This document shows, in pieces, positions 51,829-64,000 of a stretch of DNA of 64,000 nucleotides. Position 1 is the first letter of the stretch, and each line of letters begins with the position of its first letter. Both the position numbers and the translations under genes were made by a program. This DNA is from Octopus vulgaris (Eukaryota). The DNA lies in contig OX597824.1 in NCBI GenBank assembly GCA_951406725.2, forward strand, positions 45,384,001-45,448,000, read 5' to 3'. Below the pieces are notes generated by a model, which saw only the letters and a program-made list of their open reading frames with translations, was not told the origin of the DNA and searched no databases.

Positions 51829-52163
51829 CCGTGCAACAGACTTTAACTTGGCTTTCTGGAGTGCTTCAGCAAGTCCCCCTCCTCCAGTCGGCAGAGGTGC
51901 AGCTACGGCCGAGCTATTTGTTGGAAGAGGTGGTGGGGGAGGGGGTGGTGGTGGTGCTCCAACAGGTGGAGGCTGGGGTGCTACTGGCACAGTAGGAGCA
52001 GCTGGGGGCTTGGGTGGACCGGTCATTGCTGGAGGTGGCCCGGGTGGTGCAGGGGGCACCGGTGGTGCTACAGGCGGCTGAGACGAAGAAGATACCTGTT
52101 CCCTATTAAGAGTTCCAGCAGAGTTTGCCATCATCATAGACTGGGGTGAAGGATCCTTCATTC
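51829..52163 (-). CDS. ena: Ena/VASP exon: proline-rich region (PPVAPPVPPAPPGPPP...GAPPPPPPPPPLP) plus G-actin-binding block GLAEALQKAKLKSVAR
   Basis: ORF 51748..52161; acceptor ctctttacag|GA and donor CGG|gtaagt. The GAB motif resembles vertebrate GLAAAIAGAKLRKV directly after a poly-Pro profilin-loading site. Confidence 0.93.
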
Positions 52164-52405
52164 CTGTAAAGAGAAGTCAACAAAAGTTATTACACTGAAC
52201 ATAAGAATGTGGCCTTTCATAATTTTTATGCTTCTGTCAACCAATCAAGTCTCAGCAGTACGCTTAACACATTTATTTTTGCTGCAGATTATAATTTCAA
52301 TGTTTTCTGGATTGATTGGTTAAGTGTCATAAGTTTAGCTTAAACACTCCCAGAGGTATTGCTGTAATCTTGAGTGAAGCACGTGGCTTAAACTAAAGAA
52401 ACTGG

Positions 52406-52441
<36 letters not shown>

Positions 52442-54423
52442 AGGGAGCAAGAGAGAGGAGAGAGAGGGAGAGAAAAAGAGAGAACACAGATCAAATTGTA
52501 GATTGAAAAGGAAAAAGAAAAATGAGAATAACTTTATTTTCCCACCAAGGATCAGAAACAGGTTGTGGAATCAGTTTTTTGAAAACTTACTTCATATTTG
52601 GTGGTGCATCGATGTTTCACATATCTGAGTTCCAGTCCTCATAAATATTTCAGCTCTGTGGTTAAGTGAAATTAAAGCATCACCAACACCTTTACCATCA
52701 GGGATGTCAGAGGCTGCTTAGTGCTGGAAAAGCTGTCTTTTAATCTCACCTTTATTGTATTCAAACCTTAGCAGCCAATTAAGCATAGTATGTGCTAGGT
52801 ACATACTATGGCTTATTCAGTTGATTGTATCTGTTGATCTTGTTTGGACTTGAACTAAAAAATGCGAGATTCCCCATCACATGACAGTAAAAACTAGGTT
52901 TATTCAAATGACTGTACCCCGAAATTAAAAATTAACCTGATGCTTAGTAAAATCATAATTTTCCATTTCTTCTCTTTCAAAGCACCAAGGATGAGATATA
53001 CAAATTAAGATTCTATATATAATTACATATTAGTCTAAGTTTAATAAAATAAATTCATTATTCATATCATTATTGCTGACAGGTATGGTGTTTGATTGGG
53101 TAATCTACTATATTTATGACTTCTAGGCTATGAGTTCATATTCAGAAAGTATCGAGAAAAAACTTCTATACTTGTCCAAGATTTTAAGATCATTATTTAA
53201 AGCATCATACTTTGCTGAGAATGAACCATAATTAGTACATTTCTCAGCAAAGTTGAACACAATACATTGTACCATGTCCTTAGACAAGGCATGTATAACT
53301 GAGTTTGCCCCAGTTTGCCTGACCAAGAAAAGCAAGTTCAACTCTTACTTCATTCACAGCTGGATGGCTAGGAATAGGAAAGACATTTTATTGTTATAAC
53401 AATTGCTTCAACTCCAGCTGAAATCATTCCACTCTTAGAATGGAAAAAGCAAAAATAGTAAATGGATATAAAACTCACACCAATCATAAAAAAGTACAAC
53501 ATTTGTTGAAAATGGATATTATATGTACATCTCACAAATCTAATACTCACAATCTGAATTGCAAAGAAAATAGCAACTGCCATGGCAGGACAAATTGAAT
53601 GAAGTCAAAATTGTTTTCAGTTTGTGTCTGGAATAATTTCCACACCTGCAAACTAACAGTTACCATAATATACTAGGAGTGTCTGATATAGACACCGAAA
53701 CTGATGAGTAAGAAGTTATTAATATATTTACCAATATTATGAGTGGTACTTGCAATACCACCAATTAAAAAATAAAACAAAACAAAACAACCCTGTATAG
53801 ACAATATCAGAAAAAATATTGCCTCATAATTACTAATTTTGTATTACAAACTCAAGATATCGTTAAAGATGGAGAAACAGGTCTAGGTCCAAGATATGTC
53901 AAAAGAATAATATTAAATGATATTAAAGAAAGCCTTGTCATTTACATTGTACTGGAATATTATTTTGTTTACTTTAAGAAAAATCATTAGCTCTACTTTT
54001 CAGTACTACTTCTAACATGTTGGCCTTCCAACATCAAACAGTTTGGGGGCATCGCGCAAGAGTAAACTCTTCATAGAGTTTACTTGCTTTTGTTGTAGTG
54101 AAACTGTGACTGTATAACTGTCTATTGGGAGCAGCTTTCCCACTTGACTGCTGTCTTAATACACTCAGTACCCCAAAGAAAATGTTTTCATTATGGCTTA
54201 ATAGGCTTCTATATAATATATTTATTTCCTTGATTTGTTGCATCTGGCTGATACCAAGGGAATGTTTTTGATGAAGAAATATACCAACACAAACACAGAC
54301 AAATTATAGATAGAAGAAAGAGGGGGGGGGGGAACAGAAAGAGGAAAGGAGACAAAGTGGGAGATGAAGACTACTACCATTGTAAGGGATTTTGAAGATA
54401 TTTTCTGAGCCATGGTTTCTTAC

Positions 54424-54488
54424 CTATATTGTTAACTCCACCAGACAGCTGACGTTGATGTTGGCTTTTCATTTCATCTCGCTGTATT
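54424..54488 (-). CDS. ena: Ena/VASP (enabled) coding exon, post-EVH1 linker: (x)IQRDEMKSQHQRQLSGGVNNIG
   Basis: Acceptor tattcatttcag| and donor G|gtaaga. It ends in phase 1, matching the GA that opens the next exon (G+GA=Gly). A second in-frame-compatible acceptor 7 nt downstream (tacag|CGA at 54481) is also possible. Confidence 0.7.
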
Positions 54489-57400
54489 CTGAAATGAATA
54501 GAGATTAAAACCCTCATTATTATATAATGCACAATATATTACATTAGCCAACATGAATAGCAACAAGAATGGTACTAATAGTGTTACTATTAGTAATAAG
54601 TAAAACATTTGTTTTATGTTGTCCAAGTCACAATACACCTATATGCATGACCATGTTGGTAGCCAGTGAAATTCTTTGAACAGAATGTAAACACTAACAA
54701 GCATTATATCCAAAATATTTCAAGACATATTAAATGAAGGAGAAAAAAAAATTAGTAGTTGGAATTGAATGTTGATAGAAGTCCTTGACTGATCAACTTG
54801 ACTTGGTGTGTTTGATTGTTTCACTAACCTTGACTAACATCCATCTCATTTGGGCTGTTTACTAGCTTGTGTCACAACATCAGACCAGAAATATTTAAGC
54901 TACTTCAACATCTGAGCTAAATTAGGTTCATCATCCACTTCCCTAGACTCATGCCAGAACATCTCATCACATCTGATGACCATATCAGCACCATCTCCTT
55001 TACCTGTGAACAACTCAGCACCAAGAGGCATGAAAACTTGCAAAACCTTATATATTTCCAACTGTCTTTGTAATAACAAATGTAATAGTCTTGTATAATG
55101 TGAAACTTTTAGAATATAGGCTATTGAATGCTGATGCAATAATACATTTCCTAAGAGTATAAGCAAATAAATAAAGCTTGATGGCCTGAAATAAGAATTG
55201 AAATTAGACTATGAATTTAACTTAGAGAATGCTTCACAATTGTTTATTTCTAATAATGATTTCTAACTTTGGCATAAGACCACAATTTTGTATTGAAAAG
55301 ATACAGCTGAATGAGTCAACTTCAGTACATGACAAGTACTTATTGTCACTAGGAGTCAACTTTGCTTCATGAAAAGTAAAGCTGACTACAGTAGAAATTG
55401 AAGAACAAGAAAAGAATTAAGTCCCAACTCTCTCATTTCTGCCACTCCACTGCCTTACGCATAGTTATAACGACAATCTAATTTAGAGTTAAGAAGTGTA
55501 ACTGGGATGTTTATGTATTGGTGCTTTGGTTACTGAAGTAAATCGATCTGGAAACTAAAATCTGGAAACTAAAATCAAACTGTGAACTACTGAATGAATT
55601 GCTTACATATTTTACCACCACTATATAGACAGTAATAGTAAAAATTAAGCAACACAAGCCTTTGAATAGGCTTTTTATGTCCAGTTGTAAGCAATTTGCT
55701 TTACATATGTCCTTGAAAAAGGTATGAATATCAATTTTGATTTACCTTGTCCTATGCTAATGGAAAAGAAATTGAATAGCCTTAGACTTTTCTTATTTTT
55801 TCTGGAGTCATTAATTCCTTCCATGTAAGCTTACACCTCTTTCAGACCATCACCAATAATTTTTACAAGATCTTATGTAAGCACAGTCTTAATTGAAATT
55901 GCTTTGAACTGGGGCCTGGATGTGCTGCGAAAGAAAATCTCCCAATAGGGGGATAATACCACAGGAATGCAAATCAATATTTATCAATCCCCAAATTTCT
56001 TAAGCATAACTGCAATAACAACTACATGTAAGAAATAAAGGAGCTTTCTTTTATGGGAGTCACTCTACAGAATGTCACTAGGGAAGTTAAAATGAAACCT
56101 ACAGTAGAGATTTAAATAAATCTATGGAGTGAGTAGTGTAAAAATTAGGTAAAGTTATGCAAATAAAGGATACAAAACATTAAGAATTAAAAAATGTAAG
56201 GAAATAACAAAAAATCCAAAAACAATTAGGAAATTTAATTAGAAGTAATTTTAAGTCACCAGTTCAAATGAGGCATTACAATTTTTCTCTGATCACTCTA
56301 GATAAAGACAAAAGGTAGTACCTATATATTTCAGGATTGGTGGAAGAAAGAAAGGATGACACCACAACCTATGCGTTGGTGGAAGTCTGAGATTGCATGA
56401 AGACTTGTTAGGAAATAGAGTTGCAGTCTTTGGGTATCATTCAAGGGGCTAAGCTTGTCATATACAATGGTGAGCTTCTACTAGAATAACTCCCACCTGT
56501 TCCTAACAAGCAGTAACACTATGCAAGGGAGGTTGCAGTAAACAGCTGTACATCAAAACAAGTTATCCTTAATCTGAGAGCGTGTTCAAATGCTTGCAAT
56601 AGAGGATTTCACTAAAGGGACAAATAGTGTTAACCAGGTGATGGATTCACCAATATTTCTGCACTTCAATGCTGGTTGCTTGAATATTTCCATGTATGTG
56701 AAGTTATATGTAGAAATAATAATGTTGGACATACTGTGAATGTGGTAGCAGCAGCAACAACAATCAATTTTCAGGTTGAACTAATGTATTCATGTTTAAA
56801 AAGGAGCAACAAAAATGTTATTTTCTAGAAATTTAGAAGATTATAAAATTTAATAGATGAATTTCTTACAAAGCCAGAAATTAAAGAAAATGTTAACCAC
56901 AACAACATTCATAGGAGATATGAGATGAACAATAAGAAAGTTATAACTAATAAAAAATTGAGATTAAAATGCTAAACTACTGAATGTAAGTCTGTGTTGA
57001 AACTTTACTATGGTATCAATAGTGTTACCTCATCCACAGCAAGGCATATTAATTACTTAAGTTACCACAGCAGTGAAAACCTGCAACCATTATCCAGTTC
57101 CATACCTGAGTGGTCAGTGTTTAGAAAGAATGTTCTACAACAAAAACTTATGGACCAACAGTTCAGATCCAAATTAATACAAATTAGCAAACTCAGGACA
57201 TAAAATTAAAACCTATTAAATGAGCAAATGAAAGAACCTTTAGGTAGTCATTCATCCTGTTGGAAATGACAGCTAAATTGCCTTGAAATCCCACCAAACC
57301 ATCTTAAAATAGGTCACACTGGACAATGTAATCCTGGATAGGTTAGTCACTGATCCAACATCTTTTATCAAAAGTTTGCTTAATCAGGGCTGACCTGGGG

Positions 57401-57799
57401 TTAAAAAGGAGAGGAATATAAAATCGATTAAACTTTTTTGAGGAGAACATGGCTAGTTATCCAAGAACTTTTTGCTCCTTTTATTAGACAATGAGGCTAG
57501 AGTGACATTGCTGATTTCCGTTAGTGTGAATGCTATAACATTCTGCTAACATGCAAGTCATCTCCCACAGTGTATGCCTGGCAGCAGAACCAATTCTTGA
57601 CTATTCTTCCTGATGCATAAAAAAATAATGCAGTAGCAGTAATGTAATGAAAATCAATACCAAGTTGCTCCCTGTTTTTTTCTTTGAGAAACAGCAACAT
57701 AAAAGCATAAATGAAGAAGTTAATATGCAGACCAATGAATGGTGTAAATAATTGGAGGTGCAAGTAGATTTGTTTTCTCAGACCATATTACAATAATAA

Positions 57800-58200
57800 A
57801 GGAATGCTCCAACTTGACATTGACATGACAATATCTTGGGATGGCAATATGGAGTGATCACATGAAAAGAAGGGCCTAAAATATGAAGGACTTAGGGAAT
57901 TGTGTGAAGCATGACAATGGTAGTGTACAGTACTTTCAGTTGAGGTGGGATGTCATGAATTTGTAACGAGATCCAAAATATTCTATCTGGCTGATATTAG
58001 ACATAGGAAAGACAACAGGGCAGTGATCAGTGAACTGCTGAAGGAAACAGAGAATGTTTCAAGGATATAACAAAGACATGTGAAAGAAAGCTGAAAGCTA
58101 AGTATACATCATCAACAAGTAGTAAATCATAATAGTTGCTGCAGAGATTATGAAATGGCTTCAGCTGTATCTGGTTAAGTGTAGAAGCTATAAAAGAAAT
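57800..58200 (+). mobile_element. Degenerate RLE-type non-LTR retrotransposon C-terminus (HERO/NeSL-like)
   Basis: Hand translation gives HEKKGLKYEGLRELCEA*QW*CTVLSVEVGCHEFV, resembling the K..KY..L...C...W.....VEVGCRGF RLE signature. Confidence 0.55.
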
Positions 58201-61200
58201 GCTGGGCCACCAAAAGAACCCAGACACTTAGTAGGGTGAGAATGATATTATGGAAAAGTGCTGAAATCATAGTGATGTTCAGTTGACAAAAATGTTTATG
58301 TACCCCAACTATATGTAAAATAAGCAAAACTCAATTTTGATTTTTCATTTAAGTTTCTCTAGATGGAAATAGTGTTTCTATGATTTTTTATTATTTCTGA
58401 GCCTTTTGTATTAGCAATACTTATCAGTTTTATGTGTGTGTGTATTATTATATTGAGAGAAAAACTGGTTGTGTGGATATGATGGAAGTTGTAGATTAGG
58501 GAAATAAGCAATCAGTACAGGAAGTAGATTGAAGGCACAAGCTACAGATTTAACTCTATACAGGAAATAATTGCAGACTTGCCAAATTGACAAAATGTCA
58601 TGCAGATTTGAAATTGTTTACTTGAATTATAACAATTTTATATTAGCTTGTTTTTTTCCTTTTTATATATATATATATATATTTTTTTTTTTGCCTGGCT
58701 ATCATACTCAAGTCAACTGGATATCTATTGTGTCTTTAAGTGAGGCTACTAAATTTTGATAAGTTAGTCTATGTAACTATTAGAAATCGGCATTAGATCA
58801 TATATGAATGCTACTCGCAATAGACCTGCTTTTTATGAAAAGGGAACTGTTTATCGTATACTCTCAGTGAGATGAGTCTTTAAATGCAAATATTCACATG
58901 AACTACTAGAGCAATAAACTTTTTAAAGCTGGCAAATTACCTGTGCCAACTACAGAAAGATAAAGCTGACCATTGTGTAAACAGACGAATTAACCCAACA
59001 AAGCAGAATAAATAATGATTAAAAAAAAACAAATTACAAATTAAACTTGATGAAGCTGACTACCTCTTACCCTACTCCCTACTTCATAACATTTAAAATT
59101 GAAAAAGAAAAACTAACAATTAATGGTATAGTAATAATACTTTACAAGATTATTCAAGTTATCACAGGTTTACAAGAAACAAAATCAAGAAATAAATATT
59201 TTTAAAGTGTAATATAACAATTTTTGATATAATATTTTAGAGTATTTTAACTCTTAAGATGACAGCAGTTAACAATTAACATTTTATCAAGGGTAAATTA
59301 TTTGAAAATAACTTGATCTAAACTTTTCTATACGTTACATAATCCACTACATTTGGTATACTGATAACAGTTAAAAAATATGGAAACCATTATTTCACAA
59401 GACAGAATGGAAGTATTTTAAAGGTGTGTGTGTGTCTAAGAGCAAGAGAGGAGTGAGAGAAAGGAGATGAAAGAGAGAGACATTAAAAAGATAAGAGATG
59501 AGGGAGAGAGATGAGGGAGAGAGATGGGAGAATAGATAGATGAGAGAGAGGAGTTGATAGAGGAAGTTATAGAATGGGTGATAAGGAAGAGGAAGGGAGA
59601 TAGCAAGAAGAGATTCCCTCACTGCAGAGAATTAAAAATTTGCTTGAAATATAATTCATTTCTGGTAATCTAAGCAATATTCTTCATATATATATATATA
59701 TATACATAGCAGTTCTTTCTTAGATGGTAAGAAAACTGAATTTATGAAACAGTGTGAAGTTAAAGCAGAATGATTATTATTAATCCATATATACTTACTG
59801 ATCTTGTAAAAAGTGTAGCAGATTTTAAAGGCAAAATATCAGTGTTACAATTATTTGTAGGAGAAAGTTAAATAAATCCAGCAAATCTTGAGTGCAGAAA
59901 CGCTCTCTTGGATGAAGCAAACAAACTGAGTATAAGGACAAATTATGTACTTATTTACTTTTTTCTTTTTTTTAAACACAAAGAACTTTTTATTCTAAGA
60001 GATGTAAAGGGTCACAGTGGTTTCATTGTATTTTTCTCACATGACATGTTGGTAAATCGCCTATCTATCCAACAGAAGTGTTACACATTTTACATACTTA
60101 TCATTTAGTAGGATGTTCAGCTTAATATCTAAGGTGTAGCTTCCAGGAATAAGTTCTCTTTCAGCTAAGTTTCTTTTCTATTGTTTTTGAGAAAAGTATC
60201 ACTTGACTTTCCTGTAGACTGCAAGCCCACACCTTTCTTAAAACATTTCCGCTTTAATCTTTTGTATAGAAAGTCTACCATTCCATTTCTGAATTCATCA
60301 TATGAACAATCCAATAACTTGATTAGAGACTAACATCGTTATCAATTTATGTTCGCTTTCCATGCTAGCATGGGTTGGATAGGTCATCACAGCTTAAGTC
60401 AACTACCATTGGGACTACAGCTCCAAAAGACTATGTGCTTGTATGTGTCATTTGGCTTGGTTTCTATGGCTGGATGCTGTTCTTTTAACTCCAACCACTT
60501 TATATAGGATACTGGGTACATTTTTTTTCAATACTAACACTTGAGAAGTTGAATAGTCTTTGATGAAACAGGACTAGAGAAACACAATAACCCTCTGCCC
60601 ATTTAGCTACACTCTTTGGAAAATTCATTTATGAAATGAGTTCTACTTCTTACTAAAGAGGTGTAATCGATATTTTAAGAAATTTAGACAAGGAAATATA
60701 TCAGGCATTTGTTGTTTTCCATTCTTTTATAGATTGCTCCACATCCATCTTATAAATTAGAGAGTTCTATAAATTTTTCTTGAACAATTTAAAGGTAAGA
60801 GATGACTGTGATTAAGTTAATTTCATAACCACATGGTTTCAGGCTTGATCCCACTACCTGGCATCTTGGACAAGTTTCTTCCACTATAGACTTGGATTGA
60901 TCTGCTAGCAATAGCAGTCATATGTCCCTCAAATTGTATGGTACTATTTTAAATAAAGAAGGATATTTTAGACAACATAATCTCTGAGACAATAAAACAG
61001 GATAGTTATAGTTGAAACACCTTTAATAATAGGACTGCTTGATTGGGCTGACCTGGGGCTAAACAACAACAGGATGCATGAATGTATACATGTGTGTATA
61101 ACTGTTTGTATGTATGAATGCAAGCACACATTCCTTATGTACTCATTCTATGCGCATGCTTTCTGTAGCTACAATGTATTACATTGTCATGACTATGAGA

Positions 61201-64000
61201 TATAATTACTGCTGTTGAGATGTGGAAAGTTAAATTGTAATGACCAATCAAATCAGATATTCACTATCTTCTTTTCCTTTTTAAGAATCATTAAATTAAA
61301 AAATTTTTTCTTCCTTTTTGATAATGACAGCAGAAGTTTCAGTGCTTTTCTTCATAAATTTCATTTTATATCTATTTGAAATATTTTCTCCCTTCAAAAT
61401 TATGGTTTTAGTGATAAACATGAGCAAACTGATGCTTAATCAAGTCTATTTTACTTGAGAGTTTGAAACAGAACTGCCACCCCACTCTCCCAAACAAACA
61501 ATACAAAACAGGTAAAGAATGGCTTGAGCAATTTTACTGCAATCAGCTTCTGCCTCCAAGCAAAAATACGGTTTTTCAGGTATCAAGTTATCTATTTTGT
61601 TTCCAAAGATCTTGCATTCTAATCAATCACTGTTCTTCAGAACTCTTTCGTAAGGTATCAGCAATTAATTTTTTCCATTATCTATTATATGCCATTGATT
61701 AATAGAGAAGCAAGTAATGATGTAGAGTATACAAAGATACTAAGTTATTGTGGTATATGGCTTAATTATATAACATCTTTATAACACTTGTACATTTTTC
61801 CATTTAGATTCCACATAACTGGATAATATCACTACACTTGATGGACAACAAGCTTTTCTCTGAGTAAAAGGAATATTTTTTTTCAATAACACAAAAATAT
61901 CTTCCCACTTTTAGTATTAAGCAATAGTAACTCGATTTCTTTGATCAAATCATATGCTATACAGCAAGATCACCTTATAGTGTTGGCAAACCTTTGTCCT
62001 CATATTCCCTATGCTAATGTGGGCTGGATGTTTCTACAAAGTACACACCCTAACAAGATTGATACACAGAAATATAAGTATTCATTTCTTCAATCAACTA
62101 AACTGAAGTACCTGCTCACTAAATAAATGGTTGAGTATTCAACAGACATGCGAATCCTCAGGTAGAATCAGTATGACACCATGTGTGATAAAGCTGGAAC
62201 TTTGAATTACTGGTACAAACCACCCAGTGTATCTTCCAAATAGTTTCTGTCTAGTCAGTTTCAATCATGAGGTTTAAGTTGACCTGAGGTTATGACATAT
62301 GACACTTGCCCAAAGGCCATATGGTGGGGATTGAACCCAGAGCCTTGTGATTGAGAAGCAAGCTTCTTAACTGTATGTCCAAGCTATGAGTAGTCTGACT
62401 GAAGTTATAAGGGAACACACCTTTCTAAAGGACAATGTAACATATGTAACAAGTTGCTGGAAATAGCAATATCAGCAACCACCAACACTGCTTATTTCTT
62501 ATATTCTGAAGTTTAATCTATCAGTTAATAAAACAAGTTTGAAAGTTTTGTAGTAGATATAAATTTTAACCATCCAACCATGATGAGCTATTTTTCAACT
62601 ATGGCAACCTGTTTCCTAAACATTTTATTATAAAAAAGTATATCAATAAGTACAATAAGTACAAAGAAATTTATAACAGCTGTGATATGATGGTGGACTG
62701 CTGCAGGTATTACAATGTGACAAGGTAGATTCTACTAACGTACACAGTCTACTTAACTGACTAAAAGTTATCACATCTGAACATCAAGAAGTAATAAATC
62801 TTTGTCAATTTTCACAAATGATTGTCTGGAAAAGACACACACACACACACACACAAAGCTAAAAGAACATAGGATTAAGACAACTTATTTAACTCATGTG
62901 ATATCAACTAGTCACAAACAGCTTCTGTGTTTGTATTTAACCCTTTAGCATTCAGGTTACTTTGTCAAATGTAATGCTTATTTATTCACACTGTGCTCCT
63001 AACACTAGCTTCATAAAAAAAGTTAGCTATTTTACTAAAACCCTCCAAATTCTTGATTATTTCCAAAACTAGAGCAAACAGAGTGTGTTTCAATAGAAAT
63101 ATTAAACTAACATTTTGCATCTGAAATTCATACAATAGCAATTGGTAGAAAATGATGAATTTTAATGACTTTACAAAGTAGCTGAATCTTTGTAGCAAGT
63201 AAAAATATGGACTCAGAAAAGAAACAGAGCAGGAATTATATGCTGGTTATTGATAATAGCAACAATTTAGGTAAATGAATTTGGAATATAGGAATATAAC
63301 TATAATAAAAGATGGATAGAAGTAGAGAATCATGAAGAGAAGTGGGAGGATACAAAGCTGATCTGACACAAATCGGTGAGACAGTTAGTGGGAGAAGTGG
63401 TTATAAACAGGTAGTGATTGAGACTGGTAGTTTAACCCCACCCCAATAAGAAAACAAAAAACCCTCAAATATCAGTTGATGTCCCAATGGCAAACTAGTT
63501 GTCACTAGTTACATATATAAAAAAAGATAAAAATCATTGCCATTAACAAACAAGTTGTAATACATTATAGCCAATTAAAATTAGAGATCCACTGATAGCA
63601 CCAATCACTTATCTATCCAACAAGAAAGAGCAAGTTATTAAGCTGCATTATCAATTAACAGTCTCAAAATTAACATAAGATTGTTAAGATCAAGAATAAA
63701 TTGCATGCAAAAAAGGGAAGATAGTTGTAAAGCAACTAGAACATGTTTAAGATTGATAATTAAGCTTATAGGCATAATTTATTCCTCAGGTTTTCTATAA
63801 CAAACCTGTTTGTAAACTAGCTGAGTGACAAAAAAATTGAGGGCTAAGTTTATCATAAAGATAAATAATGGAACACAGATGAGGTGGTGGTGGAGGGGCT
63901 ATGTAAATACAGCTTAAAGTAACCAAGTGATTCAACTTATCATCACTTCCTCTCAGAGGTCCCAAGCCAAAGTTTTAGCATCTTGTATCCTGCAGCTAAT

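Noticed and set aside
51741-52081. Plus-strand Gly-rich ORFs
   Set aside because: Antisense shadow of the Ena proline-rich exon.
52585-52630. Minus-strand ag...|gtaagt mini-exon candidate between Ena exons
   Set aside because: Weak acceptor; in the required phase 1 it hits TGA immediately, and its length is not a multiple of 3.
53690-53760. CTGATGAG motif
   Set aside because: No stem II or downstream GAAA box.
55746-55756. Second microexon candidate (ttttccattag|CATAG|GACAAG|gtaaat) on minus
   Set aside because: The first AG gives a frameshifting 11 nt, the 6-nt form needs the second AG, and the donor is weak; insufficient without reads.

Overview
AT-rich, microsatellite- and SINE-dense animal genomic DNA. 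The repeat complement (RTE LINEs with a tandem-repeat 3' UTR, several tRNA-derived SINE families, long (TA)n arrays) points to a coleoid cephalopod, probably Octopus; this is inference. The only host gene I can support is the 3' part of an Ena/VASP (enabled) gene on the minus strand. Six coding exons (54488-54424, 52163-51829, 42419-42243, 39159-39035, 34208-34063, 32322-32294) have GT-AG borders and consistent phases and encode the proline-rich region and the complete EVH2 domain. No EVH1 exon was found, so it presumably lies beyond 64 kb. The first 17 kb is a transposon nest: RTE LINEs, a Ty3/Gypsy relic, a full-length dead mariner, MITEs and R4/Dong-type 3' ends. Main discovery: two unrelated non-coding repeat families carry Type I hammerhead-ribozyme motifs with palindromic stem-loop III, arranged as inverted or tandem copies (11313-12298, and 42690-43705 inside the Ena intron), i.e. 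Penelope-pLTR or retrozyme-like elements. Also seen are several fold-back palindromes in (TA)n, an inverted MITE pair around the tetramerisation exon, and a candidate 9-nt Ena microexon. Repeat coordinates are approximate; exon and ribozyme coordinates were read base by base.
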